A DNA stretch of 64,000 nucleotides from Phormidesmis sp. (GTDB lineage Bacteria > Cyanobacteriota > Cyanobacteriia > Leptolyngbyales > Leptolyngbyaceae): NCBI GenBank assembly GCA_965248535.1, contig CBDFJR010000002.1:128001-192000 (forward strand), given 5' to 3'. The position numbers and the translations under genes are program-made. A model generated the notes under the pieces. It had not been told where the DNA came from and ran no database searches. It saw nothing but the letters and a program-made list of their open reading frames with translations. Below, piece by piece: positions 20,881 to 30,557 of the stretch (positions are counted from its first letter, which is position 1; each line of letters starts with the position of its first letter).

Positions 20881-21110
20881 TCCCCGACGTGATGATTAAA
20901 AAATTCTAAAGTTAATCGATTTGGGATAGCCTTCGATATTAGCAACACCTGTTGAAATAGCACAGTAGTCTGTAAGGCAGAAATTATCGGAGTTGTCTAT
21001 TAGGGTTGTTGAGGCTGAATTGTTCACGGCTACTCTCTCGATCGCCCCCGTCGCGTTGCCTTGCCCCAAAGTCTGGGCACTCTACCAAAGCATTCGTCAT
21101 GGAATTTGTC

Positions 21111-22637
21111 ATGCTTGCCAAGGTTTGGAGTGCATCGCTCGTCGGCATTGATGCGGTGAAAGTGGGGGTCGAAGTAGACATCGCGGGAGGGCTGCCCGGA
21201 ATGGTCGTGGTAGGGCTGCCAGACACGAGTGTGCAAGAGTCTAAAGAGCGGGTCAAGACGGCTCTCAAGAATGCAGGCTATGCCTTTCCGATGCGGCGAA
21301 TTGTGATTAATCTAACTCCCGCAGACTTGCGAAAAGAAGGGCCGAGTTTTGATTTGCCAATCAGTGTTGGCATTCTGGCTGCCTCCGAGCAAGTCAAAAT
21401 TGAGTTGCTAGAGACGCATTTGTTTCTGGGCGAAGTTTCGCTTGACGGAACTCTCAGACCTGTGGCAGGGGTGTTGGCGATCGCCGCTGCCGCTCAACGG
21501 CTCGGCATTTCTGGGTTAGTCGTCCCGGCGGGCAATGCCCGCGAAGCGGCGGTAGTCAAAGGCATCTCGGTCTATGGCTTTGGTCACTTGTCTGAGGTGG
21601 GGCAGTTTCTCACCGACCCGACGGCTCACACGCCCATGCAAGTAGATATGGCAGAAGAACTGGAGCGATCGCAGACTCCAGCTTTTGACTTGAGGGATGT
21701 CAAAGGCCAGGCCCATGCGCGTCGAGCGCTAGAAATCGCGGCTGCCGGAGGACACAATCTGGTGTTTGTCGGGCCCCCCGGCAGTGGCAAAACCATGCTG
21801 GCTCGTCGCCTACCCGGAATCTTGCCACCGCTCTCGTTTGAGGAAGCCCTAGAGGTGACCCAGGTTCACTCAGTAGCGGGGTTGCTAAAGGACAAAGGCT
21901 CTTTGGTGAGCACTCGTCCGTTTCGCAGCCCGCACCATTCTGCGTCGGGGGCTTCACTGGTGGGCGGCGGCAGCTATCCGAGACCGGGCGAAATCTCTCT
22001 GGCTCACAGAGGAATATTGTTTCTAGATGAATTGACAGAATTTAAGCGCGACGTGCTGGAGTTTTTGCGGCAGCCTTTAGAAGACGGTCACGTTACCATT
22101 TCTCGCGCTCGGCAGTCGGTCTCGTTTCCGGCTCGATTTACGCTGGTTGCTAGCACTAATCCCTGTCCCTGTGGTTTCTTTGCTGACACGGTGCAGGCTT
22201 GTACCTGTTCTCCGCGATCGCGAGAGCACTATTGGGCAAAACTATCGGGCCCATTGATGGATCGGATTGATCTGCAAGTTGGGGTCAATCGGCTCAAGCC
22301 AGAAGAGATCACTCGACAGCCTACGGGCGAAGACTCAGAAACGGTGCGATCGCGGGTGCAAATTGCTCGTGATCGGGCCCGTCTGCGATTTAAAAACACC
22401 GATTTACGCTGCAATGCCGAGATGCAAAGTTCCCATCTCAGGCAGTGGTGCAAGCTAGATGACTCGACCCGCAATCTTCTCGAAGGCGCGATTCGCAAAC
22501 TGGGATTATCAGTCAGAGCCAGCGATCGCATTCTCAAAGTGGCGCGCACGATCGCCGATCTCGCGGGGGATGAGCCTCTCCAAACCCATCATGTTGCCGA
22601 AGCGGTGCAATATCGCACGATCGATCGAATGCAATAG
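21111..22637 (+). CDS. comM: YifB/ComM Mg-chelatase-like AAA+ ATPase
   Basis: VGLPD..V.ESKERV, NLTPADLRKEG, GPPGSGKT, PFRSPHH, NPCPCG. Confidence 0.93.
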   Translation: MLAKVWSASLVGIDAVKVGVEVDIAGGLPGMVVVGLPDTSVQESKERVKTALKNAGYAFPMRRIVINLTPADLRKEGPSFDLPISVGILAASEQVKIELLETHLFLGEVSLDGTLRPVAGVLAIAAAAQRLGISGLVVPAGNAREAAVVKGISVYGFGHLSEVGQFLTDPTAHTPMQVDMAEELERSQTPAFDLRDVKGQAHARRALEIAAAGGHNLVFVGPPGSGKTMLARRLPGILPPLSFEEALEVTQVHSVAGLLKDKGSLVSTRPFRSPHHSASGASLVGGGSYPRPGEISLAHRGILFLDELTEFKRDVLEFLRQPLEDGHVTISRARQSVSFPARFTLVASTNPCPCGFFADTVQACTCSPRSREHYWAKLSGPLMDRIDLQVGVNRLKPEEITRQPTGEDSETVRSRVQIARDRARLRFKNTDLRCNAEMQSSHLRQWCKLDDSTRNLLEGAIRKLGLSVRASDRILKVARTIADLAGDEPLQTHHVAEAVQYRTIDRMQ

Positions 22638-22700
22638 AAACTAGTTAGATTGAGACCTGATTTGAGCACTCTAGCCAGAGTCTTAAAAGAATTGGTTGCT

Positions 22701-24110
22701 ATGTCAAAAAACTATCGTCAAGTCCGCAAGTCAACAGTCGTCAAAAACTCCGCTGGTCAGCAATTCCAACTAGGCGGCTATCGCCCCGAAAAGCAGAACT
22801 CTCAAGACAAAAAATACAGTGCGGGTCGCGATCGTTCCCTGCCTTCTAAAGTCGATCTTCGCGCCTACATGACTCCGGTCGAAAATCAGGGCAACTCCAA
22901 TAGCTGCACCGCCAACGCCATGGCAGGGGCCTATGAATATCTGACAAACCGCCTGCTCGGACAATCGGAAGATGTCAGCCGTTTGTTCATCTACTACAAC
23001 GCACGAGAATTTGACGGCGACCCCAGCCAAGACCAAGGCACATATCTGAAAAGCTGCGTCAAAGTGTTGCGAAAATATGGCGCTTGTTCTGAAAACACTT
23101 GGTCGTTTAACCTCGAACAAATTCTAGAGCAGCCGCCTAAAAAGGCTTATGCAGAAGCCACAAACTTCCGAGTTGAAGACGCGGCTCGTGTGGAGGTCGA
23201 TCTTCACGCCATGCGGAGTTGTCTGGCAGAGGGCTATCCGTTTGCGTTTGGCTTGCAGCTTTTCGAGTCTTTTCAGCAGGCAGGCTCTAGCGGATTGGTG
23301 CCCATGCCTGACCCCGATCGCGAAAAGCACGACGGCGGCCACGCGATGCTGTGTGTGGGCTATTCTGACCCTGATCAAGTTTTTATCGTTCGCAATTCAT
23401 GGGGCGATGACTGGGGCGAGCAGGGCTATTGCTACATCCCTTACGACTACATGACCAAGCCTGATTTTAACCACGACTGCTGGACGATTCGCCAAGTCAG
23501 CGATCGTGACCTGAGTCAGGGCATTCAGGGCAGTTCGGCTCCTCTGTTTAGTGGGTCAAAGGCGGCGATCGCGACTGCATTTCAAACCCCCGGCGCAATT
23601 TATCAACCCTCAGTGATCGCCTTGTTAGAAGAGTCTCACTATGAGACTTACACGGTTGAATATGAAGAAGAGCTTGTCTACATCGAAAACCAAGGGTTTG
23701 TCTCCGTCGATGCTTACGAGAACCTCGATTTTCTCTACTTCCAGGAGTATGACGAAACTGAAGAAGAGTCCGACGACAGCGACGAAGACTCTGAATTCTA
23801 CGAGGAGACTGTAACCGAATACGAAGAAGAGTCCGACGACGAAAAGTCCGACGAAGACGACTCTGAAGAAATCGATAACAGCGACGACGAAGAGTCTGAC
23901 GAAGACGACGAAGAGGAAAGCGACGAAGACGAAGAAGATATCGACGCAGAGACTGAAGGCAGCGACGACGAAGAGGATTCTGAAGAAGAGGAAGATCCTG
24001 AAGAGGAAGATCCTGACGAAGAGGCTTCCGAAGAAAGCGACGAAGAAAGCGAAGACAGTTATGAAGAAGAGTCTGAAGAAGATTTAGGAGGCGATGAAGG
24101 CGAAGAGTAG
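22701..24110 (+). CDS. Papain-like C1 cysteine peptidase with very acidic C-terminal tail
   Basis: QGNSNSCTA, GGHAM and IVRNSWG catalytic motifs; last ~120 aa mostly D/E/S. Confidence 0.87.
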   Translation: MSKNYRQVRKSTVVKNSAGQQFQLGGYRPEKQNSQDKKYSAGRDRSLPSKVDLRAYMTPVENQGNSNSCTANAMAGAYEYLTNRLLGQSEDVSRLFIYYNAREFDGDPSQDQGTYLKSCVKVLRKYGACSENTWSFNLEQILEQPPKKAYAEATNFRVEDAARVEVDLHAMRSCLAEGYPFAFGLQLFESFQQAGSSGLVPMPDPDREKHDGGHAMLCVGYSDPDQVFIVRNSWGDDWGEQGYCYIPYDYMTKPDFNHDCWTIRQVSDRDLSQGIQGSSAPLFSGSKAAIATAFQTPGAIYQPSVIALLEESHYETYTVEYEEELVYIENQGFVSVDAYENLDFLYFQEYDETEEESDDSDEDSEFYEETVTEYEEESDDEKSDEDDSEEIDNSDDEESDEDDEEESDEDEEDIDAETEGSDDEEDSEEEEDPEEEDPDEEASEESDEESEDSYEEESEEDLGGDEGEE

Positions 24111-24266
24111 GGCTAACCGATAGCGCGATCGCACAAATTCCATCAAAACCTGCTGCAATGCCCAGGCTGACTATTTCAACAGCGTGGGCATTGCCGTGAC
24201 ATAACCCACCATTTATCAAGCAAATTAGACGCTACAATGTGACGGTTGTATTCTGCACGACGAGCC

Positions 24267-25562
24267 TTGATAGAGCGCTATACCCTACCCGAAATGGGCA
24301 ATTTGTGGACTGAAGCCTATAAATTTCAAACCTGGCTAGAGGTTGAGATCGCCGTCTGCGAAGCTCAGGCTGAGTTGGGTTACATTCCGGCTGAGGCCGT
24401 TGCAGACATCAAAGCAAAAGCAACCTTTGACCCCAAACGCATCTTAGAAATCGAGGCCGAAGTTCGGCACGATGTGATTGCGTTTCTCACTAACGTTAAT
24501 GAATCTGTAGGCGAAGCCGGACGATACATCCACTTGGGCATGACCAGTTCTGATGTCCTAGACACCGCCCTGGCACTGCAACTTGTCGCCAGTTTAGATG
24601 TGATTATGTCTCACGTTGAGGCGTTGATTCAGGCACTTCGCTATCAGGCTCAACAGCACCGCAACACCGTCATGATTGGGCGATCGCACGGCATTCACGC
24701 CGAGCCAATCACCTTTGGCTTTAAGCTGGCTGGCTGGCTGGCAGAAATGCTGCGACACCGCGATCGTCTCTGTCAACTCAAAAAAACCATTGCCGTCGGT
24801 CAAATCTCTGGCGCGGTTGGCACCTACGCCAACATTGACCCTCGCATTGAGTCTTTAACCTGTCAAAACCTGGGACTCGAACCCGATGCTGCCTCGACGC
24901 AGGTGATTTCTCGCGATCGCCACGCCGATTATATGAATGGCTTGGCGCTGTTAGCCTCGTCGATCGAGCGTTTTGCCGTAGAAATTCGCAACCTTCAGCG
25001 CACCGATGTTTTAGAAGTTGAAGAGTTTTTCTCAAAGGGACAAAAAGGCTCCTCTGCAATGCCCCATAAGCGGAACCCGATCCGGTCAGAGCGTCTCACC
25101 GGAATGGCTCGTCTCATCCGAGGCTATGCGGTTGCCGCGATGGAAAACGTTGCGCTCTGGCACGAGCGAGATATTTCCCATAGCTCAGTCGAACGGGTGG
25201 CCTTTCCCGATGCCTGCATTTTGACTCACTTCATGTTGGTCGAAACGACTGACTTGGTGAAAAACCTGCTGGTTTACCCCGACAACATGGCGCGCAACAT
25301 GAACCTTTATGGGGGAGTCGTTTTTAGTCAAAGAGTTTTGTTGGCGCTGATTGGCAAAGATGTCAGTCGCGAAGAGGCGTATACGATCGTGCAGTCATGC
25401 GCTCATCAAGCCTGGAACAAACCCGAAGGTGACTTCCGCAAGTTGATTAGTGAAGACCCCCGCGTGGTCGAAAAGCTCTCCCCGGCTGAAATTGCTGATT
25501 GTTTCGATCCTCAACATCATCTCAAAAATCTAGATCAGGTTTATCAACGACTAGGCATTTGA
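24267..25562 (+). CDS. purB: Adenylosuccinate lyase
   Basis: HDVIAF, TSSD, GRSHGIHAEP, GSSAMPHKRNP signature. Confidence 0.96.
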   Translation: MIERYTLPEMGNLWTEAYKFQTWLEVEIAVCEAQAELGYIPAEAVADIKAKATFDPKRILEIEAEVRHDVIAFLTNVNESVGEAGRYIHLGMTSSDVLDTALALQLVASLDVIMSHVEALIQALRYQAQQHRNTVMIGRSHGIHAEPITFGFKLAGWLAEMLRHRDRLCQLKKTIAVGQISGAVGTYANIDPRIESLTCQNLGLEPDAASTQVISRDRHADYMNGLALLASSIERFAVEIRNLQRTDVLEVEEFFSKGQKGSSAMPHKRNPIRSERLTGMARLIRGYAVAAMENVALWHERDISHSSVERVAFPDACILTHFMLVETTDLVKNLLVYPDNMARNMNLYGGVVFSQRVLLALIGKDVSREEAYTIVQSCAHQAWNKPEGDFRKLISEDPRVVEKLSPAEIADCFDPQHHLKNLDQVYQRLGI

Positions 25563-25689
25563 GCTTCTTAGACTCTACTGTTCCATCCAAGGCAGATTCA
25601 CATCGTCAGGCATTCCAATCGGCAAGAAAGATAGTCAACGTAATCAAGTTACTGCACCCTTCTGGAACACAACCGAAAAAGGTTAGCAA

Positions 25690-25839
25690 ATGATGACTAT
25701 ATTGCTTTTGATTGTGTGTTTTGTGGTCACGGTCTTGCTCCTCCTTGGGGTTCTGATCATCGGCATAGGCGTTCACTTCACCCTACAGAACCTTAAAGCG
25801 CCGTTAATTCAAAGAATGGCACGGGTGGTCAGCAAATAA
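25690..25839 (+). CDS. Possible 49-aa single-TM protein
   Basis: MMTILLLIVCFVVTVLLLLGVLIIGIGVHF...; below the ORF-track cutoff, read manually. Confidence 0.35.
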   Translation: MMTILLLIVCFVVTVLLLLGVLIIGIGVHFTLQNLKAPLIQRMARVVSK

Positions 25840-26241
25840 AGAGCGCCAAGTGATGGTTTCAACTGGCTTGGGCACCGTTCCTTTTCCAATATTTTCTGTT
25901 ACTTTTGCCTTCCAAAATAGTTCGCCAGAGAAATTTGAAGTCAGTTCGTCGCAGTATCGGGGCATTCAAGAAGGCAGTTATGGAATCTTTGCCTCCCAAA
26001 GAACCTGGTATAAACGGTTCGATAGTACTGAAGCGTTTCAGTAAGCCCTAGACTTCTGTTTCCCTTTTAGTGGTTGTCTTCTGACCTGCGTTTCTATCTT
26101 TTTTCTACTAGTTTGGTTCGCGATTTATGGAGCAGTTTAATCTTCGTCGGTCGTTGGATGGATTTAATTTAAGTACAGAACAAAAAACTTAGCCTGTGGA
26201 CATACTGCGCTCGCCGACGATCGCACTCACTCTACCCAAAC

Positions 26242-28161
26242 TCACTCCATTCGGGCAAAATGCTCTAGTAGCATCCGATGGACAAAGATATAACCGCCGC
26301 CAACTTTTTGCAGAAAAATGCGCTCACTGGCGTAGTCGAGGAAGCGGGAATAGTCCCAGGGAATACAATTGTTGCGGTGAAGGATGGATCGTAAGATGAA
26401 GTGTTGGAGGCAGGCTTTACCACCTCCAAAAAACAGCCCAAAGATCAGTCCGAAAATTAGCCCCAGTCCCAGCCATTGTAGTTGCCCTAGAAAAATTACA
26501 ATCAGCAAGCCAATTCCTGCGCCTATCATTCCTAAAATAAGGGCGTTTCTAACTGAGTTCCAAATTCCTTGATTAGGAGATGTTTTTCTCTCTATTTTTG
26601 GGCCGATCAGTCCACCTAGCAAGCCCAAAATTAGTCCACTAATTAGCCCATACGCGATTATTAAGATAGGCATGAGTGGTGATAAAAGAGAAATTCCCAC
26701 AATTATTCCCAAAGGCAATCCTCCAAGGAATCCTTGTTTCGCAGACTTTATGGCTTCTTGCCAAGACCATTTCAAGCTTTCATCTTGCCAAGACCATTTC
26801 AACGTTTCAACTGTTTTGATTTCATCCATCCGCCAAGCTAATTTCCATTCCTCCATCTTCCACCAAGCTAAAGGTAGGACGATACTCATTCCAATGATTA
26901 GTCCCTGTAATGGACTCAATACAAAACAACCAATCAGGAAACCCATCATTAACCCCATCAGGCGAGTTCCCCATTCATAGACCTTTTTTTGGGTCGTTTC
27001 TAACCAAGTCGGCTGCATTCCCTCAATAAAAAAGACCGTTTGCGATGCGTGAGACATCCGTTGCGCTAGCCAAGTTAGCCAGTGTATGGACTGACCCTTC
27101 GAGTATTGTTGATTAACTCCCTTTCGCTTGAACATCCGCTCAATATAAGAATTGAATAAGTGTTCACGATGTGCTTCTACTGAACCTGTTTGAAGTATTT
27201 CTTCTACCTTTTTGCCTTGATAAGCCAAAGTCATAACATTAAGCGTTAGAGGAGACTTCGCTAACTCTTGCAGTGCGGTATCTTCGGACAGCAGAGTTTT
27301 GACGGCTTCTAGTTGTTCACCTGCCGCGTCTAAATAGTGGTTAACCTGCTCAGGAGTCAGAGAGCGGATGTAGATCGCGCCCCGTAATTGCAGACGGTTA
27401 GACAGAACTTCATAGTCTGCAATCCGACTACAGACCACTATCTCAGTCTGCCCGTGCGTTTGCATAAACTGGTTGATAGCTTCGACGCAGGCTTCTCGCC
27501 GATCGGACTTTACCTCGTCTAGACCGTCTAGCAGTAGGAGTAGTTGTTGATCTTCAATCCAGGTTTTAGCAAGAGTCTTGGAAACTTTATACTGACTGTA
27601 CAGTTCCTCAATCAGCCAATCTGCGATCGTTTGCCGTTTGCTGCCCCAAGAAGATAAGTTAAACACCACTGGACTCAGCCGACTCAAACCCCCTTCAGCA
27701 CGAGCAATCAAATTCTGTGCCAGTTTTAGGAGGGTTATTGTTTTCCCAGCCCCTGGGTCTCCCAAAATCAACAGAGTTCGCCCCTCTCCGATTTGATTGA
27801 AGACCTCAGTTGCGCCTGTCCCTGAAGGCAAAATTTGTCTGGACTCTTCTGGTAGCTCCTCGAAGCTACTAAATGAACGTTCTATTGCATCCGATCGCTT
27901 TTCTAGACCAAGTTCAATCATTGTCTTGGTGTGCAATGACTTTTCTAAGACCCCTTCAATCCAATAATCTTTGACTTTACTGAGTAAAACTTGCCTCTGG
28001 CGGTATTCTACCTGAGTTAAAGATTGTTCTGCACTGGGTGATTGCCCACTAATTAACTCAGAGACTTGGGAAATGAAGTATTGAGTGACGGCTCCATGAT
28101 TTTCTTGGATAAACCCCTGAACATTTCCGCCAGAGATGTTGACAAAATTATCGGCAGTCAT
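26242..28161 (-). CDS. NACHT NTPase (NLR-like) with N-terminal amyloid-like motif and C-terminal transmembrane repeats
   Basis: Walker A GDPGAGKT, Walker B LLLLDGLDE, CSR, PLTL; Gly/Leu-rich TM repeats; FLDYA....FLQKVGGGYIFVHRML tail. Confidence 0.9.
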   Translation of the reverse strand: MTADNFVNISGGNVQGFIQENHGAVTQYFISQVSELISGQSPSAEQSLTQVEYRQRQVLLSKVKDYWIEGVLEKSLHTKTMIELGLEKRSDAIERSFSSFEELPEESRQILPSGTGATEVFNQIGEGRTLLILGDPGAGKTITLLKLAQNLIARAEGGLSRLSPVVFNLSSWGSKRQTIADWLIEELYSQYKVSKTLAKTWIEDQQLLLLLDGLDEVKSDRREACVEAINQFMQTHGQTEIVVCSRIADYEVLSNRLQLRGAIYIRSLTPEQVNHYLDAAGEQLEAVKTLLSEDTALQELAKSPLTLNVMTLAYQGKKVEEILQTGSVEAHREHLFNSYIERMFKRKGVNQQYSKGQSIHWLTWLAQRMSHASQTVFFIEGMQPTWLETTQKKVYEWGTRLMGLMMGFLIGCFVLSPLQGLIIGMSIVLPLAWWKMEEWKLAWRMDEIKTVETLKWSWQDESLKWSWQEAIKSAKQGFLGGLPLGIIVGISLLSPLMPILIIAYGLISGLILGLLGGLIGPKIERKTSPNQGIWNSVRNALILGMIGAGIGLLIVIFLGQLQWLGLGLIFGLIFGLFFGGGKACLQHFILRSILHRNNCIPWDYSRFLDYASERIFLQKVGGGYIFVHRMLLEHFARME

Positions 28162-28178
28162 TTTCTAAGCGCCCTTGA

Positions 28179-28556
28179 TTAACTGAAGTTTTGAGTTATC
28201 GTCCCAGTATTTTGCTGTGTCAAACCTTGAACTGTACCCCCAGAAATTTGAACACTAAATTTCCCTTCCGCTGCTTCTTGAGGATGTAGTTGTTCCATTA
28301 ACTTTTGAGCCAGTTTAACAATTTCTTCGTCTTTGTCAGCTCCAGCCTCAGTTAATTCATCTTCTAAAAGAGGTCTCGTCTTTTCGGGCTTCTGTTCATA
28401 CTTATCCAGGATAGTAGCTGAATCTGATTTTCCTTGACTCTCAAACTTGTGCTTAATCAAGGCTTTCAAGCCGTTGTAAGCATCTTGAGCGACACCACCA
28501 GCCGTTTTTGCTGCACCAGCTACCAATGCTGCAAGGATAAGAGAAATAGGATCCAT
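28179..28556 (-). CDS. Bell-like helical effector with C-terminal amyloid-like motif
   Basis: MDPISLILAALVAGA...AQDAYNGLKALI N-terminus; C-terminal motif 14/23 identical to the N-terminus of the adjacent NACHT. Confidence 0.8.
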   Translation of the reverse strand: MDPISLILAALVAGAAKTAGGVAQDAYNGLKALIKHKFESQGKSDSATILDKYEQKPEKTRPLLEDELTEAGADKDEEIVKLAQKLMEQLHPQEAAEGKFSVQISGGTVQGLTQQNTGTITQNFS

Positions 28557-28774
28557 AAATTCATCTCCTGAGGTTTAAGTTTTGAGTCAAACCATCTGTT
28601 GCGTTTAAGATAGGACAGGAAAAGAGATAACACTGGAAAGACGCAGATATCGTGATGTTTCTTGATAAACAGATTTGAGTATCAGTGCGATCGCTTTAAC
28701 CAAGAGCTTACGGGGTTTTGGCGATTTCTTCCTACCGATCTCTTCCCGATTGCAGCCTCATCAAGGATTCAGGG

Positions 28775-29560
28775 GCATAACGGCTCAAATCAGCGGCGGC
28801 AGACAATTTCTGTGACTCCACCGAGACCTCGCGCCCTTCCGCTCCAACGTGTTGTGTACGCCCAGCATGGGTGTGAACTAATGGGGTGAAAGTCCCCTGT
28901 CGGAGAACCAACGTCCAAATGATCCCAAAAGATCCGAGTGACGACAACGACTAGCTTAAGGTAAGGGCGTTTCCGCGAGGAAGGGTCTGAAGGAAGCCAG
29001 CGGCAAATCTGCGAGCTGACGGACAGAAACGTCATAGAAGGCTGAGATTCCTGTGGCAAGTGAGCACAACATCATGAAGCCTTTTGGTTCAGGGAACACA
29101 GTAAATGACGCAGTTGTGCAGAGACAGTTCACGTTCTTATCTGGGGAGATCTGCTCAAAGGGCGGTCTGAGGGTCTACGGGAGTCTGATTGAGGTCTAGC
29201 GGGAAACGGCTAGGGAGCCACGGAACCCTAAGGACATTCAGGCAGCGTGAGTCATGGCAACAGGACTCATGATTGAGCAGAAGTCAGCAGAGGTCATAGT
29301 AGCCAAACACTCACCGTAATGGGTGAGACAGGGTGAAGGGCTGAACCTTAGAAAGCAGGGAGGAGTTGCAAAGCTCGACTGGGCGATGAACCCGAACGGG
29401 GGAGCTATTTTGTCGGCGCTTAACTGCACAACCAGCCCTGGATATTCAGTTCTATTGAACTGGCTTGTCTAAAACTTTTCTGGGGACGCGCCCCGTGCGG
29501 AGCCGCACGCGGGGTGCCGTGGGGACTGGGGGAGAAAATCCCCTGGTTACCCGATTATGC
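28775..29560 (-). other. attC site interrupted by a group II intron (86 bp when rejoined: 28775-28855 + 29556-29560)
   Basis: On the cassette strand, rejoined GCATAAC ... GTTATGC with internal AGCGG/CCGCT pairing; starts 4 nt after the dprA stop. Confidence 0.85.
28856..29555 (+). mobile_element. ORF-less group IIC-attC intron, 700 nt
   Basis: 5' GTACGCCCAGCATGGG after exon TTGT; short class-C domain V with CGC triad (~29485-29520); domain VI ending TTACCCGAT; no RT ORF; antisense to cassette genes. Confidence 0.88.
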
Positions 29561-29564
29561 TGTT

Positions 29565-30557
29565 CTACGATGATGCAATAAGACTGAGTTGAACCATCTG
29601 ATTATCTAGAGCCTTGTTCTCATTTACAGAATCACTCCTCTCTAAAATTGAAGTGATTTTTTGAACACCATTTTCCAATGAGATCTCGTGACAGCCTAGT
29701 TGAATTAAGTCCGAATTACCAATTGGGGGTTGTGCCAAGCAGTTTGGTGAGAGAACAAAAACTGGTATGTTCATCGCCATTGCACTTCTAGCAGCATCAA
29801 ACGTGCCACTCATCCTGCCTTTACTATCAATTTCTTGTCCTGAAGCTATAACAACAACTGCATCTGCCAGCGCACAAACCAACTTATTTCGTGCCATAGC
29901 ATTTCGAGCAAGCCACTTTTCTGAAGGGTTGAATTGCGAAAGAACAAGAGTGTTATACGCAGTAAAAAAGGGTTTGAATTCCTTCTTGGCTTCAAAATTT
30001 AGAATGCCTAGACTAAGAATAATCGTAGTAGTACCTTCTGCTTCTAAAGCGCCTAAATGAGCGGCAGAATCAACACCTTTAGCATAACCAGAGACAATAT
30101 TAAACCCTGCTCTAGCTAGTCCCTTTGCTAACTCAGCTGTGATGGCAAGAGCATCTTCACCAACGTTACGCGAACCAACAATTGAAATGCTTGGTGATTT
30201 TGCAAGTGGTGTATGCCCTCTTGCGTACAAGACTGGGGGAATGTTGTATTGCCGCCCATACTTCTTCAGTCTAGAGGGAAAGTCAGGAGATTCAGGATGC
30301 AGAATCTTCACTCTATTTGTCTCTAGCTGTTCGTAAGCGCGTTGAATCAATTCGTAATCCTGTTCATGCGGAAAGGATTTGAGTGTAGTTCTCAGTCTTC
30401 CTGAGATTTTTGGAAAATCTAATTTCCTATTAGTTAGGAAATTGTTAAGATCGGTAGATTCTCCAGATACGAGATCGTGAACTTCCCACAGCAATTTCGT
30501 CCCTATTCCTTTGGCGCGAGCCAACCGAAACCAATCGAAACTGCTGCTGTAAGTCAT
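29565..30557 (-). CDS. DprA/Smf-family protein (ShosA-like)
   Basis: PPVLYARG, SIVGSR, IVSGYAKGVDSAAH, ARNKLV; ATG 30557 overlaps the upstream TGA (ATGA). Confidence 0.87.
   Translation of the reverse strand: MTYSSSFDWFRLARAKGIGTKLLWEVHDLVSGESTDLNNFLTNRKLDFPKISGRLRTTLKSFPHEQDYELIQRAYEQLETNRVKILHPESPDFPSRLKKYGRQYNIPPVLYARGHTPLAKSPSISIVGSRNVGEDALAITAELAKGLARAGFNIVSGYAKGVDSAAHLGALEAEGTTTIILSLGILNFEAKKEFKPFFTAYNTLVLSQFNPSEKWLARNAMARNKLVCALADAVVVIASGQEIDSKGRMSGTFDAARSAMAMNIPVFVLSPNCLAQPPIGNSDLIQLGCHEISLENGVQKITSILERSDSVNENKALDNQMVQLSLIASS

Noticed and set aside
23548..24219. 223-aa Arg-rich antisense ORF
   Set aside because: Shadow of the GAA/GAC-rich acidic tail on the opposite strand.
26040..26241. 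attC downstream of the NACHT gene
   Set aside because: A GTTGGAT at ~26153 fits a core box, but no partner box or paired L arms were found.
28662..29429. Short ORFs 28662-28889, 28732-28947, 28790-29059 and 29238-29429
   Set aside because: They overlap the attC and intron RNA structure and have no protein motifs.
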